From NCBI GenBank assembly GCA_002254565.1, contig NJEG01000018.1, forward strand, positions 1,088 through 65,087: a stretch of DNA of 64,000 bases, in the 5' to 3' direction. The stretch comes from Candidatus Altiarchaeales archaeon ex4484_2 (GTDB lineage Archaea > Altiarchaeota > Altiarchaeia > IMC4 > QMZM01). Shown in pieces: positions 17,405 to 26,170 of this stretch (position 1 is its first letter; every line of letters begins with the position of its first letter). A program made the translations under genes and the position numbers. The notes below the pieces were generated by a model that saw only the letters and a program-made list of their open reading frames with translations, searched no databases and was not told the DNA's origin.

Positions 17405-17550
17405 TCAATCACCCTCACCCATCCGTGGGATTTGATTTTATCGACAGTTTCATTCCTTCTCCATCATCTTCAAAAATTCCTGTCATTTTTGTCATCTTTG
17501 TCATCTTTGTCATCTTTGTCATCTTTGTCATAATTTATAGTTTATACCAT
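17405..17550. repeat. direct repeat copy C (146 bp): duplicate of the pyrK leader with 6 imperfect 9-bp units (17481-17534)
   Basis: 94% identical to 14346-14464 outside the microsatellite. Lies upstream of the 450-aa paralogue. Confidence 0.85.
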
Positions 17551-17752
17551 CTACCTTAGCATCCTGTGCATATCTGGAAACCAGATTAAAGCCCTCGATA
17601 TAGAAATATCCGGAGACGATCTTTGCATACTCGGATTTACTTAACAGTTCCTTTAACACGCTCTCCAATCTCTGATGCTTATTGTCTGTGATATTGGTAT
17701 AGGGATTCTGGTCTGTGTTAGTTTTCCCGGAAATTTTCCCTGTATTTGTCAT
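17528..17752 (-). pseudogene. 74-aa fragment resembling the N-terminus of PLD-nuclease domain (helicase/restriction-associated) proteins
   Basis: LKELLSKSEYAKIVSGYFYIEGFNLVS resembles the first beta-alpha-beta of PLD-like domains. The frame stops where repeat copy C begins. It could instead be an intact small ORF. Confidence 0.3.
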
Positions 17753-17766
17753 TTTTTAGTAATCCC

Positions 17767-18678
17767 TCAACCATGTGCTCTGCCTATAATCTCTTCCAGG
17801 CGGGAGTATCCCTGCTCTTTCATGAAATCCCTTAATTCATCCGTTACCTCCCTGAATACATCAACGCCCCGGTGCCATACAGCGGTTCCTATACCAACAG
17901 CGGAGGCGCCTGCCATCAGCATCTCTACTGCATCTTCCCCCGATTCAATGCCACCAACCCCAATCACAGGTATTTCAACAACATCATAGATGTCATACAC
18001 ACACCTGACAGCCACAGGTTTGATGCAGGGACCAGAGAGGCCACCGAATTTATTCGACAAAACAGGCCTGCCTGAGACAACATCAATCTTCATCCCAGGA
18101 CCGAGGGTGTTTATTGCTGAGATAACGTCAGCTCCGTTTTTTTCCACCTCCAATGCGATGGCCTTGATGTCCACCACATTAGGTGTTAGTTTCACAATAA
18201 GAGGTAAATCTGTTGCATTCTTGACTGCCCGGGTTATCTTACCTGCCGTTTTGGCGCTGGAGCCGAAGGGTTTGCCGAACTCTCTCACATTAGGGCAGGA
18301 TATGTTAGCCTCCAGAAAGGCTGGCTCGGCCTTGGATAATAGCTCGGCCATGTAGCCGTACTCGGAGATGCTTTTGCCGTAGAAGCTTGCTATCACAGGA
18401 GCATCTACGGAGTCAACTGCCTTCTTAAGCTCCCCCATTGATTCCTCCGGATCGGGACATGAAAGACCTATAGCATTCAATAACCCGCAGTCCAGTTCCA
18501 CCACCACAGGGTTTTCATGCCCCCTCCTTTTCTGGGGGCCGATGGATTTAGTGATTACGGCAGCTGCACCAGATGCGGATGCTCTCTTAAGAGCTGATGC
18601 AGTGACCCCAAGGACTCCGGAAGCCAATACTGTGGGGTTGTTTAATCTGATGCCAGCTAACTCCGTTGAAACATCCAT
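17767..18678 (-). CDS. pyrD: dihydroorotate dehydrogenase catalytic subunit (class 1B)
   Basis: Motifs NAIGLSCPD, ISCPNV, GGLSGP, IGVGGI. 303 aa. Confidence 0.9.
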   Translation of the reverse strand: MDVSTELAGIRLNNPTVLASGVLGVTASALKRASASGAAAVITKSIGPQKRRGHENPVVVELDCGLLNAIGLSCPDPEESMGELKKAVDSVDAPVIASFYGKSISEYGYMAELLSKAEPAFLEANISCPNVREFGKPFGSSAKTAGKITRAVKNATDLPLIVKLTPNVVDIKAIALEVEKNGADVISAINTLGPGMKIDVVSGRPVLSNKFGGLSGPCIKPVAVRCVYDIYDVVEIPVIGVGGIESGEDAVEMLMAGASAVGIGTAVWHRGVDVFREVTDELRDFMKEQGYSRLEEIIGRAHG

Positions 18679-18714
18679 CCTTGATTTAATTATTCTCTTT
18701 CTTCAATAATAACT

Positions 18715-19632
18715 ATGAAACCAAGGATTCTCATCTCGGATAAGATACATGATAAGGCAATTGATGAGGCTAAGTTGTTTGCTGATGTTGACCTGAAATT
18801 CAATCTCACCCCCAAGGAGCTGGTAGATAAGATAAGAGATTATGACGCATTAATCATTCGCTCCGGGACCAAGGTCACCAGAGAGGTTATAGCTAACGCC
18901 GGGAAACTCAGGATTATTGGCAGGGCAGGGGTGGGGCTTGACAATATAGACCTTAAGGCAGCCGGAGAAAAAAATATTGAGGTTGTTAACTCCCCCGAGG
19001 CTTCAACCATTTCTGTAGCTGAATTAGCCGTTGGCTCGCTGATCGCATTGATGAGAAACATACACCACGGGCATTCATCCCTTAAAAAAGGCAGGTGGGA
19101 TAGAAGCAAGCTAACCGGGAACGAACTCTACGGTAAAAAAATAGGGATTATAGGATTCGGGAGAATCGGGAGGGAGGTAGCTGATCGGGCAAAAGCCTTC
19201 GGAATGGACGTGCTGGCATTCGACCCTAACATAACAGTAGAGGATGCGAGAGAAAACAACTGCGAGTACAGGGAGCTGGATGAATTAATAAAAGAGGCTG
19301 ACGTGCTCACATTACATGTGCCCTTAACAGAAAAAACCAGGGGCTTGATTGATACAGCAAAAATAGAAAGCATGAAAAAGGATGCTGTGATCATCAACGC
19401 AGCCAGAGGAGGTGTAGTTAATGAGGAAGACCTGTATGCAGCATTAAAGAAGGGCGTCATCAAGGGTGCAGCCATCGACGTCTTCGAGTCAGAGCCACCT
19501 GAGGGAAGCCCTCTATTGGAGCTGGACAACATAGTTCTGACACCCCACCTTGGAGCCAACACCGAAGAAGCCCAGATTAATGCCGGAGCAGTGGTGGTGG
19601 AGAAGATAAGAAATCACTTCAGGAACGCCTGA
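18715..19632 (+). CDS. D-isomer-specific 2-hydroxyacid dehydrogenase (short D-3-phosphoglycerate dehydrogenase-like)
   Basis: NAD fold GIIGFGRIGREVA; catalytic-region motifs NAARGGVV and TPHLGA. No ACT domain. Confidence 0.8.
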   Translation: MKPRILISDKIHDKAIDEAKLFADVDLKFNLTPKELVDKIRDYDALIIRSGTKVTREVIANAGKLRIIGRAGVGLDNIDLKAAGEKNIEVVNSPEASTISVAELAVGSLIALMRNIHHGHSSLKKGRWDRSKLTGNELYGKKIGIIGFGRIGREVADRAKAFGMDVLAFDPNITVEDARENNCEYRELDELIKEADVLTLHVPLTEKTRGLIDTAKIESMKKDAVIINAARGGVVNEEDLYAALKKGVIKGAAIDVFESEPPEGSPLLELDNIVLTPHLGANTEEAQINAGAVVVEKIRNHFRNA

Positions 19633-19657
19633 TTTTTTTTATATATGCTGTGTTTTC

Positions 19658-21133
19658 ATGAAAGATATAGAGGATATAATCAAGAAATTCGAGGACGAGG
19701 GAATAATACTCACCTCCAGAGCCCTGGGAAAAATACGGGACAACTCCATGAAGCCGGATGTGGTTATAGAGAAAGCCAGGGAGAGGAATGTGTGGCTTAT
19801 ATCCGACGAGTTCATTGTGGAGTTCATAGAGCAAAAAAAGAAGAAAGACAAGCCCGTGAAGAAGACAAAAAAAATTCCCGCCAAGGAGAGAGACAGCGAA
19901 CTAAAAATAAATGAAGACTTTGACGTTACAGGAAAAAGCACCTGCGAGGGGAGGATAGAGGATTTTCTGGGATACTTCAACCATAAATACGAGAACATAA
20001 AAAGCGTTTTAAAAGAGAGACCCTCCATGAGGTCAGCGGTCCCCATCAAGTTCCTGAGGAAACAGGGCAATGACATCAATTTACAGTTTATTGGAATGGT
20101 ATCGGATAAGAGAGAAAGCAGGAGAGGATTCAAGTTCCTTGACCTCGAGGACCCTACGGGTGAGATACGGGTTCTGGTTTCCAAGGACAGCAGGGAACTG
20201 AATGAATTATTCGACAACATCCTCCTGGACGAGGTTATCGGCGTGGAGGGGAGAATATATAATGATCTGTTCATAGCTAAATCAATATATCAGCCTGATT
20301 TGCCGATAAACCATAAAACCAACTCAGCTCCAGATGACGTCTGCGCTGCCATGATATCCGACATACACGTTGGCAGCTATCTCTTCCTGGAAAAAGAATT
20401 CAAGTCATTCATCGACTGCCTTAAACCCAACGGGAACAGGAAAAACGGGGATATATTCGGGAAAATAAAATATCTGGTGGTAGCCGGAGATCTGGTAGAC
20501 GGTGTGGGAATCTACCCCAACCAGGAAAAGGAATTAGCTATCCCAGACATCTACAAACAATATGACTTTCTTGCCTCCCTGCTGGAGGAGGTGCCAGACC
20601 ACATAGAGATAGTATTGTGCATGGGCAACCACGATGCTGTAAGGCTTTCAGAACCCCAGACCAAGCTGGATAAGGACATTGGTGCGCCATTGTATGATCT
20701 ACCTAACGTGCACATGTGCGGTAACCCCTCAATGATCTCAATGCACGGGGTAAAAACTCTCATATACCATGGGACATCACTCGACGGCATAATAGGTAAT
20801 CTGTCCAGGTGCACATACAGCAGGCCGGAGGTGGCGATGGTAGAATACCTCAAAAGGAGATATCTTGTACCCAGCTACGGTAGAGATAATATCGCTCCAG
20901 AAGGGAAAGACTATCTCTTCATAAATGAGATACCCGACATATTCCACTGCGGTCACGTTCACACAAACGGGTATATGAACTATAGAGGGGTTAGGGTCAT
21001 AAACTCAGGCACCTTCCAGGCAAGGACCAAATACCAGGAAGAGCAGGGCCACGTCCCAACCCCGGGAAGAGTTCCCATAATAAATCTACAAAACCACGAG
21101 GTATCCATGGTACACTTCTACGATGAGGGATGA
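19658..21133 (+). CDS. polB: DNA polymerase D (II) small subunit DP1
   Basis: Calcineurin-like phosphoesterase motifs ISDIHVGS, VAGDLVDG, GNHD and GHVH. Overlaps the DP2 gene by 11 nt. Confidence 0.9.
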   Translation: MKDIEDIIKKFEDEGIILTSRALGKIRDNSMKPDVVIEKARERNVWLISDEFIVEFIEQKKKKDKPVKKTKKIPAKERDSELKINEDFDVTGKSTCEGRIEDFLGYFNHKYENIKSVLKERPSMRSAVPIKFLRKQGNDINLQFIGMVSDKRESRRGFKFLDLEDPTGEIRVLVSKDSRELNELFDNILLDEVIGVEGRIYNDLFIAKSIYQPDLPINHKTNSAPDDVCAAMISDIHVGSYLFLEKEFKSFIDCLKPNGNRKNGDIFGKIKYLVVAGDLVDGVGIYPNQEKELAIPDIYKQYDFLASLLEEVPDHIEIVLCMGNHDAVRLSEPQTKLDKDIGAPLYDLPNVHMCGNPSMISMHGVKTLIYHGTSLDGIIGNLSRCTYSRPEVAMVEYLKRRYLVPSYGRDNIAPEGKDYLFINEIPDIFHCGHVHTNGYMNYRGVRVINSGTFQARTKYQEEQGHVPTPGRVPIINLQNHEVSMVHFYDEG

Positions 21134-24100
21134 GGAATACTTTCAGGAATTGAAGGAGAAGATTGAAGAGGTCTATAAGATAGCTAACGAAGCCAGGAGC
21201 AGGAACTTCGATCCTGACAGCAGAGTGGAGGCTATCCCCGCAGGCGACCTGGCTACGAGAGTGGAGGGTCTTGTAGGGCCGAAGGGTATAGCAGAGAAAA
21301 TAAAGGAGATTGGTAGGGAGAATATAAAGGGTATAATAGAGTACATACTATCTGACATATCCACTGTCTCCAAGGAGGAGAAGGAGAAAAGAGTGGAGCA
21401 AGCATTAAGGACTACCTTGGCTATACTGACAGAGGGTGTTGTTGCCGCACCCATTGAGGGGATATCCAAGATTGACATCAAAAACAACCCAGACGGCTCA
21501 CAATATCTCTCAATATATTTTGCAGGACCCATAAGAAGTGCTGGCGGAACAGCCCAGGGATTGGCTGTGGTGATAGGAGACTACCTCAGGAAGAAGGTTG
21601 GTTTAGTAGAGTATAGACCCACCAATGATGAGATAGAACGCTACGTTGAGGAAATAAAGATATACAACGACAGAGTAACCCGTCTACAGTATCTCCCCAG
21701 GGATGATGACATTAGAGAGATTGTCAAAAACACCTCAGTCTGCGTTGATGGTGAACCAACAGAAAAGAGGGAGGTCTCCATACACAGGGATCTGGAAAGA
21801 GTAGACACCAACAGAATCAGGGGAGGAATCTGCCTGGTTATTGCAGAAGGTATTGCACAGAAGGCTCCTAAACTGATGAAGCATACCAAAAACCTGGGTC
21901 TTGACTGGAGCTGGCTATCTAGTATAGCGAAGGGCAAATCAGGTCTCAGGGAAGAAAACAGTGCGGGAGATAAGAAAATTAAACCAATAAGCACATTCAT
22001 GTCCGAGGTTGTGGGCGGGAGACCAATCTTCTCCGCCCCCTCAGCCAAGGGGGGATTCCGTCTCAGGTACGGGAGAAACAGGACCTCAGGTATTGCCGCT
22101 AAATCAGTACATCCTGCAACAATGGTTTTAGCAGATGGTTTTATCGCTACCGGAACGCAGGTGAAGGTTGAACGCCCCGGGAAAGGCTGCATCATAACAG
22201 AATGTGACTCAATAGAGGGTCCCCTGGTGAGGCTGAGAAACGGTTCCGTTGTCAGGGTGGAAAGCGCCTCTACCGCCATGGAATTAAAGAAAGACCTTGA
22301 TGAGATACTATTTTTGGGTGATATACTCATAAGCTACGGTGACTTCCTGCAGACCAACACCAAACTCCACCCAGCAGGTTATTGTGAGGAATGGTGGGCT
22401 CAGGAGGCAAGTAAAGCCTGTGAAAAGATAAACCTGGATGTGAGGGATCCTGACGAAGCGGTTGAGTTATCGCTGAAACATAAAATCCCCCTGCACCCCA
22501 GATACACCTTTCACTGGGAGGATGTTGGCCTTGAGAAACTAGAGATCCTGGTCGAATGGCTTCTTTTAGGGGAGATAGATGATAAAAATAAAGAACTGGT
22601 TTTGGAACCCAACCCTGAAGCAAAAGAGATACTTGAGCACCTTGGTGTGCCCCACACGTTTGTAAACGAAAAAATCAGGATAAGGGAATACAAGCCACTC
22701 ATGTATCCACTGAAGGCATTTGATGGTAAGAAACTGGATAAGGAATCATTTAGGGAGGCATTGAAAGAGTTCAAGGGGAAAGATATCTACGGTTTCGTAG
22801 AAAAAAACGCCCCCATAACGGTGAAAAGAAAAAGCGGCACATATATTGGTGCCAGGATGGGTCGCCCAGAGAAAGCTAAAGAGAGAAAAATGCAGCCAGC
22901 AGTTCACTCCCTTTTCCCAATAGGAAATTCAGGTGGGAAGGAGCGGCTAATAAACGTTTCCTCTGAAAAAAACATGATAAACGTCGAGATTGCAAGATAC
23001 TACTGCGATAAATGCCATAGCCGAGTCTACTTCCCGGTATGCCATAAATGCGGGAACAAGACAACACTTAAGAGGATATGCCCCTCATGCAACATCGAAA
23101 CCGGGCGTGAGATGTGCCCGAGATGCAAAACAAAAACCTTATCCTATGAAAAAATGGGGGTGGATATAAAGAAACTCTGGAGGGAGGCAATCAACAAAGT
23201 TGGTAAAGCAAGTAAGGTTAAGGGAGTTAAGGGTATGATTTCAGAGTTCAAGATTCCAGAGCCGCTGGAGAAGGGCATACTGAGGTCCAGGAATGATGTC
23301 TACGTCTTCAAGGACGGCACAATAAGGTTTGATTCAACTGACGCTCCAATGACCCACTTCAAGCCCCGGGAAATCGAAACCAGCCTGGAGAAACTAAGGG
23401 ATCTGGGATACGATAGAGACTATAAAGGTGAGAAACTTGTTGATGAGGAACAGATTCTGGAGTTAAGACCCCAGGATGTGATCATACCCAAAAGTGGCGC
23501 TATATACCTTCTGAGGGTGTCTTATTTCATAGATGATCTGCTTAAGAGATTCTATGGTATGGAAAGGTTCTATAACCTTAGTAGTGTGGACGAGCTTATA
23601 GGGCACTTAATCATCGGATTAGCTCCCCACACATCCGCCGGGATAACAGGCAGGATTGTGGGATTCACCCGCGCCAACGTCTGCTTCGCACACCCCTACT
23701 GGCACGCGGCCAAGAGACGGAATGCTGACGGAGACGAGGACGCATTTATGCTGGCACTTGATACATTAATAAACTTCTCCCGGAAATATCTCCCAGCATC
23801 CAGGGGAGGTAAAATGGACGCCCCCCTGGTTGTTACAACCCTGATGGATGCCAAGGAAGTGGATGATGAAGCCCACAAGATAGAGATAGTGGACAAATAC
23901 CCCCTGGACTTCTACGATAAGACCTGGGAGTTCGCAGACCCCTCAGACGTTGATGTCAAAATCGCAAAGGATGTTCTTGAATGCGACCCATTTAATAACC
24001 TGTTGTTCACACACTCTACAACAGATGCTACAGGCCCTATATTGAAGTCCCAGTACCTCAAGTTGACTAACATGGACGAGAAGGTTGGCGCCCAACTGGG

Positions 24101-24467
24101 CGTAGCTGAAAAAATCAGGGCCATAGACGAAAGGGTTGTGGCTGAGCTGGTAATCAACTCCCACTTCCTTAGGGATACATACGGGAACCTGAGAGCCTTC
24201 AGCAGGCAGAAATTCAGGTGCGTTAACTGCAACGCATCATATAGGAGAATACCCTTGGGAGGTAAGTGCACGAAATGCGGCGGCAAGCTTTTGTTGACTG
24301 TGACCAAGGGAAGCGTAGAGAAGTACCTGGGCACCTCCATGAAGCTGGTGGAGAAATACAACTGCAGCCCCTATATGAAGCAACGACTGACACTCTTACG
24401 GAAGGAGATAGACAGCCTTTTTACCAACGACCTGAGCAAGCAGGTAGCCCTGTCAGAGTTCATGTAG
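21123..24467 (+). CDS. polC: DNA polymerase D (II) large subunit DP2
   Basis: 1114 aa. Internal zinc fingers CDKCHSRVYFPVCHKCG...CPSCN...CPRC and C-terminal CVNCNASYRRIPLGGKCTKCGG. No intein-like insertion is apparent. Confidence 0.95.
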   Translation: MRDEEYFQELKEKIEEVYKIANEARSRNFDPDSRVEAIPAGDLATRVEGLVGPKGIAEKIKEIGRENIKGIIEYILSDISTVSKEEKEKRVEQALRTTLAILTEGVVAAPIEGISKIDIKNNPDGSQYLSIYFAGPIRSAGGTAQGLAVVIGDYLRKKVGLVEYRPTNDEIERYVEEIKIYNDRVTRLQYLPRDDDIREIVKNTSVCVDGEPTEKREVSIHRDLERVDTNRIRGGICLVIAEGIAQKAPKLMKHTKNLGLDWSWLSSIAKGKSGLREENSAGDKKIKPISTFMSEVVGGRPIFSAPSAKGGFRLRYGRNRTSGIAAKSVHPATMVLADGFIATGTQVKVERPGKGCIITECDSIEGPLVRLRNGSVVRVESASTAMELKKDLDEILFLGDILISYGDFLQTNTKLHPAGYCEEWWAQEASKACEKINLDVRDPDEAVELSLKHKIPLHPRYTFHWEDVGLEKLEILVEWLLLGEIDDKNKELVLEPNPEAKEILEHLGVPHTFVNEKIRIREYKPLMYPLKAFDGKKLDKESFREALKEFKGKDIYGFVEKNAPITVKRKSGTYIGARMGRPEKAKERKMQPAVHSLFPIGNSGGKERLINVSSEKNMINVEIARYYCDKCHSRVYFPVCHKCGNKTTLKRICPSCNIETGREMCPRCKTKTLSYEKMGVDIKKLWREAINKVGKASKVKGVKGMISEFKIPEPLEKGILRSRNDVYVFKDGTIRFDSTDAPMTHFKPREIETSLEKLRDLGYDRDYKGEKLVDEEQILELRPQDVIIPKSGAIYLLRVSYFIDDLLKRFYGMERFYNLSSVDELIGHLIIGLAPHTSAGITGRIVGFTRANVCFAHPYWHAAKRRNADGDEDAFMLALDTLINFSRKYLPASRGGKMDAPLVVTTLMDAKEVDDEAHKIEIVDKYPLDFYDKTWEFADPSDVDVKIAKDVLECDPFNNLLFTHSTTDATGPILKSQYLKLTNMDEKVGAQLGVAEKIRAIDERVVAELVINSHFLRDTYGNLRAFSRQKFRCVNCNASYRRIPLGGKCTKCGGKLLLTVTKGSVEKYLGTSMKLVEKYNCSPYMKQRLTLLRKEIDSLFTNDLSKQVALSEFM

Positions 24468-24475
24468 CTTCCCTA

Positions 24476-24967
24476 TCATTTAACCACAATCTTCAGGTGC
24501 ATGTCCCCAACCTTCCTGTCCTCCAGGTAGAAGGAATCTGCTTTTTCGGGGGTGAATGATTTAGTCCGGTTGATTTTCGGGGGCAGGTACCAGTTAATCT
24601 TCAACTCCTCGTTTATTAAACGATAAGCTCTTGAGTCCCTGTTCTCCAGAATCAGATTCGTCTTCACACCCTTCTCAAGTTCCAGCTCCTGCGGGGTGAA
24701 TTTATTGTCTACAGCTATTATCCTGTAGGTGTTCTCGGGTAGAGTTGTTGTGGTCGTCGAAAGAGTGGATGATGTGCTCCCTGTTTCGGAGGTGGAGGTG
24801 CTGGTTGAGGTCACAGTCGAAGTTGTTGATGTTTCTGTTAAGGTGGTTGACGTGGATGTTGTCTTAGTCCTGTATGTCAGCGAGGGCTGGTTAGGGTCCT
24901 CGAAGGTGCAGCCCGAAAAAAGGAGGGTGGAGAGTGCTAGAATGAAAGCATAATGTTGGGGTTTCAT
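24476..24967 (-). CDS. lipoprotein with Ser/Thr-rich linker and a small beta-rich (cupredoxin-like?) C-terminal domain
   Basis: Signal peptide plus lipobox LLFSGC and a roughly 55-aa T/S-rich tract. The C-terminal domain lacks Cys/His copper ligands. Confidence 0.55.
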   Translation of the reverse strand: MKPQHYAFILALSTLLFSGCTFEDPNQPSLTYRTKTTSTSTTLTETSTTSTVTSTSTSTSETGSTSSTLSTTTTTLPENTYRIIAVDNKFTPQELELEKGVKTNLILENRDSRAYRLINEELKINWYLPPKINRTKSFTPEKADSFYLEDRKVGDMHLKIVVK

Positions 24968-24973
24968 CCATAA

Positions 24974-25348
24974 TCACCTGGACCTTAACTCGCTTAAGGT
25001 AGGTCTGAGATAGGAGCTAAGAGATATTTGCGGCTCTTTTGTCTTCTGGGGCTCGGGCTTAAGTTTTTGGGGTCTTTTCACCAGCTCTATCTTCCCATAT
25101 TTACCGGAGGAAACCTGCAGATCACCCCCATATGCCTTACACCAACCTTTCTTTACCACAATAAAATCCCCTTCCCTAAAGAAGTCCACCTCATGATTCC
25201 AAAGGGAGAGAACACATTCACCTGATGCGTCCCTGACCTGGCAGGAGCAGACCCTGTTCTGGTTCCATTCCCTGACACCCTCCTTGGAGAGTATCTCCAA
25301 ACCCAGCAGGGGAACAGGCCTGTTCTCCTCTAACTCATAGACTTCCAT
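24974..25348 (-). CDS. OB-fold nucleic-acid-binding protein (SSB/RPA-like, tentative)
   Basis: About 95-aa OB-like core (VCSCQVRDASGECVLSLWNHEVDFFREGDFIVVKKGWCKAYGGDLQVS) followed by a basic tail. Confidence 0.45.
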   Translation of the reverse strand: MEVYELEENRPVPLLGLEILSKEGVREWNQNRVCSCQVRDASGECVLSLWNHEVDFFREGDFIVVKKGWCKAYGGDLQVSSGKYGKIELVKRPQKLKPEPQKTKEPQISLSSYLRPTLSELRSR

Positions 25349-25443
25349 TTTTTCTGGGTTAAACTATTAGGTGAAACTGGAATATAAACGTTCAGGATTT
25401 TCTAGGGTGGGGAATTTATCTCGGGTGTTTTTAATAGTATACT

Positions 25444-25650
25444 GTGAAGAAACATTTCATTTGTCTGTTCATCCTGTTGCTTTTATCCAGCGGCTGTCTG
25501 AGAGAGGATGAATGCGAGGACGGGATATGCGATACAGAAGACCTGCCCCCGGCTGTTGAGGGAGCTTTATGCCATAATCCCCCATCCACTTTTCAGCAGA
25601 GACAGCGTTTATCTCCTGGAGTATCTGCCCATCAACACAGCCTTAGCTAG
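25444..25650 (+). CDS. small lipoprotein-like ORF, possibly a remnant of a Cys-rich secreted protein
   Basis: GTG start, signal peptide plus lipobox LLSSGC, then ECEDGICDTED. The 3' end overlaps the PEBP gene by about 40 nt and looks non-native. Confidence 0.3.
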   Translation: MKKHFICLFILLLLSSGCLREDECEDGICDTEDLPPAVEGALCHNPPSTFQQRQRLSPGVSAHQHSLS

Positions 25651-26040
25651 AGAATGCTCTTCCACCCTCTCCCTGAAGTTGTCCCTGCTCAAGTCCTCTG
25701 TCATCTCCCTATCAAGAGCGTAGACTGTGAAAAAGTACCTGTGGGTTCCCGAAGGCGGACACGGCCCCCCGTACTCCAGCCTCTTGAAGTCGTTTGTTAC
25801 CTCCTTCCCTGGAGCTTTTTTTCCTTCATTTAGCTCTGAGACGTTAGCTGGGATGTTGTAGACCAGCCAGTGGATGAACTCTCCCATGGGCGCGTCAGGA
25901 TCTACACAGGTTAAGGCAAAGCTTTTGGTCTCATCAGGGTACTTACTCCACTTCAGGTGCGGGCTGATATCCTGCCCGTCGCAGGTATACCTTGAGGGAA
26001 TCAATCCCTCACTCTCGAAGCTGTTGCTTTCTAATTCCAT
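25609..26040 (-). CDS. PEBP/YbhB-family protein
   Basis: CVDPDAPMGEFIHWLVYNIP and GPCPPSGTHRYFF motifs. Start taken at the internal ATG 26040. Confidence 0.8.
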   Translation of the reverse strand: MELESNSFESEGLIPSRYTCDGQDISPHLKWSKYPDETKSFALTCVDPDAPMGEFIHWLVYNIPANVSELNEGKKAPGKEVTNDFKRLEYGGPCPPSGTHRYFFTVYALDREMTEDLSRDNFRERVEEHSLAKAVLMGRYSRR

Positions 26041-26170
26041 ACCATACACCTCCTTTTTATTTAACTCCGCCCCCTTCTCCTGGAGGCAGAGACTAGATAA
26101 ACACATAAAAAAAAACAAGATAAAATAACCTCATATTAAAATAATAGAGAAACACAAAAAGATAAGATAA

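Noticed and set aside
17481-17534. 9-bp tandem array considered as a CRISPR or mini-CRISPR.
   Set aside because: The units are contiguous with no spacers and are far shorter than CRISPR repeats. No cas genes are in the window. It is a microsatellite.
19639-20274. 211-aa minus-strand ORF overlapping the DP1 gene.
   Set aside because: It is an S/L-rich antisense shadow. The plus strand encodes DP1 with phosphoesterase motifs.
21123-24467. Possible intein or mobile insertion in the DP2 gene.
   Set aside because: The 1114-aa length is within the normal intein-free DP2 range. I saw no intein block motifs or homing-endonuclease-like segment.
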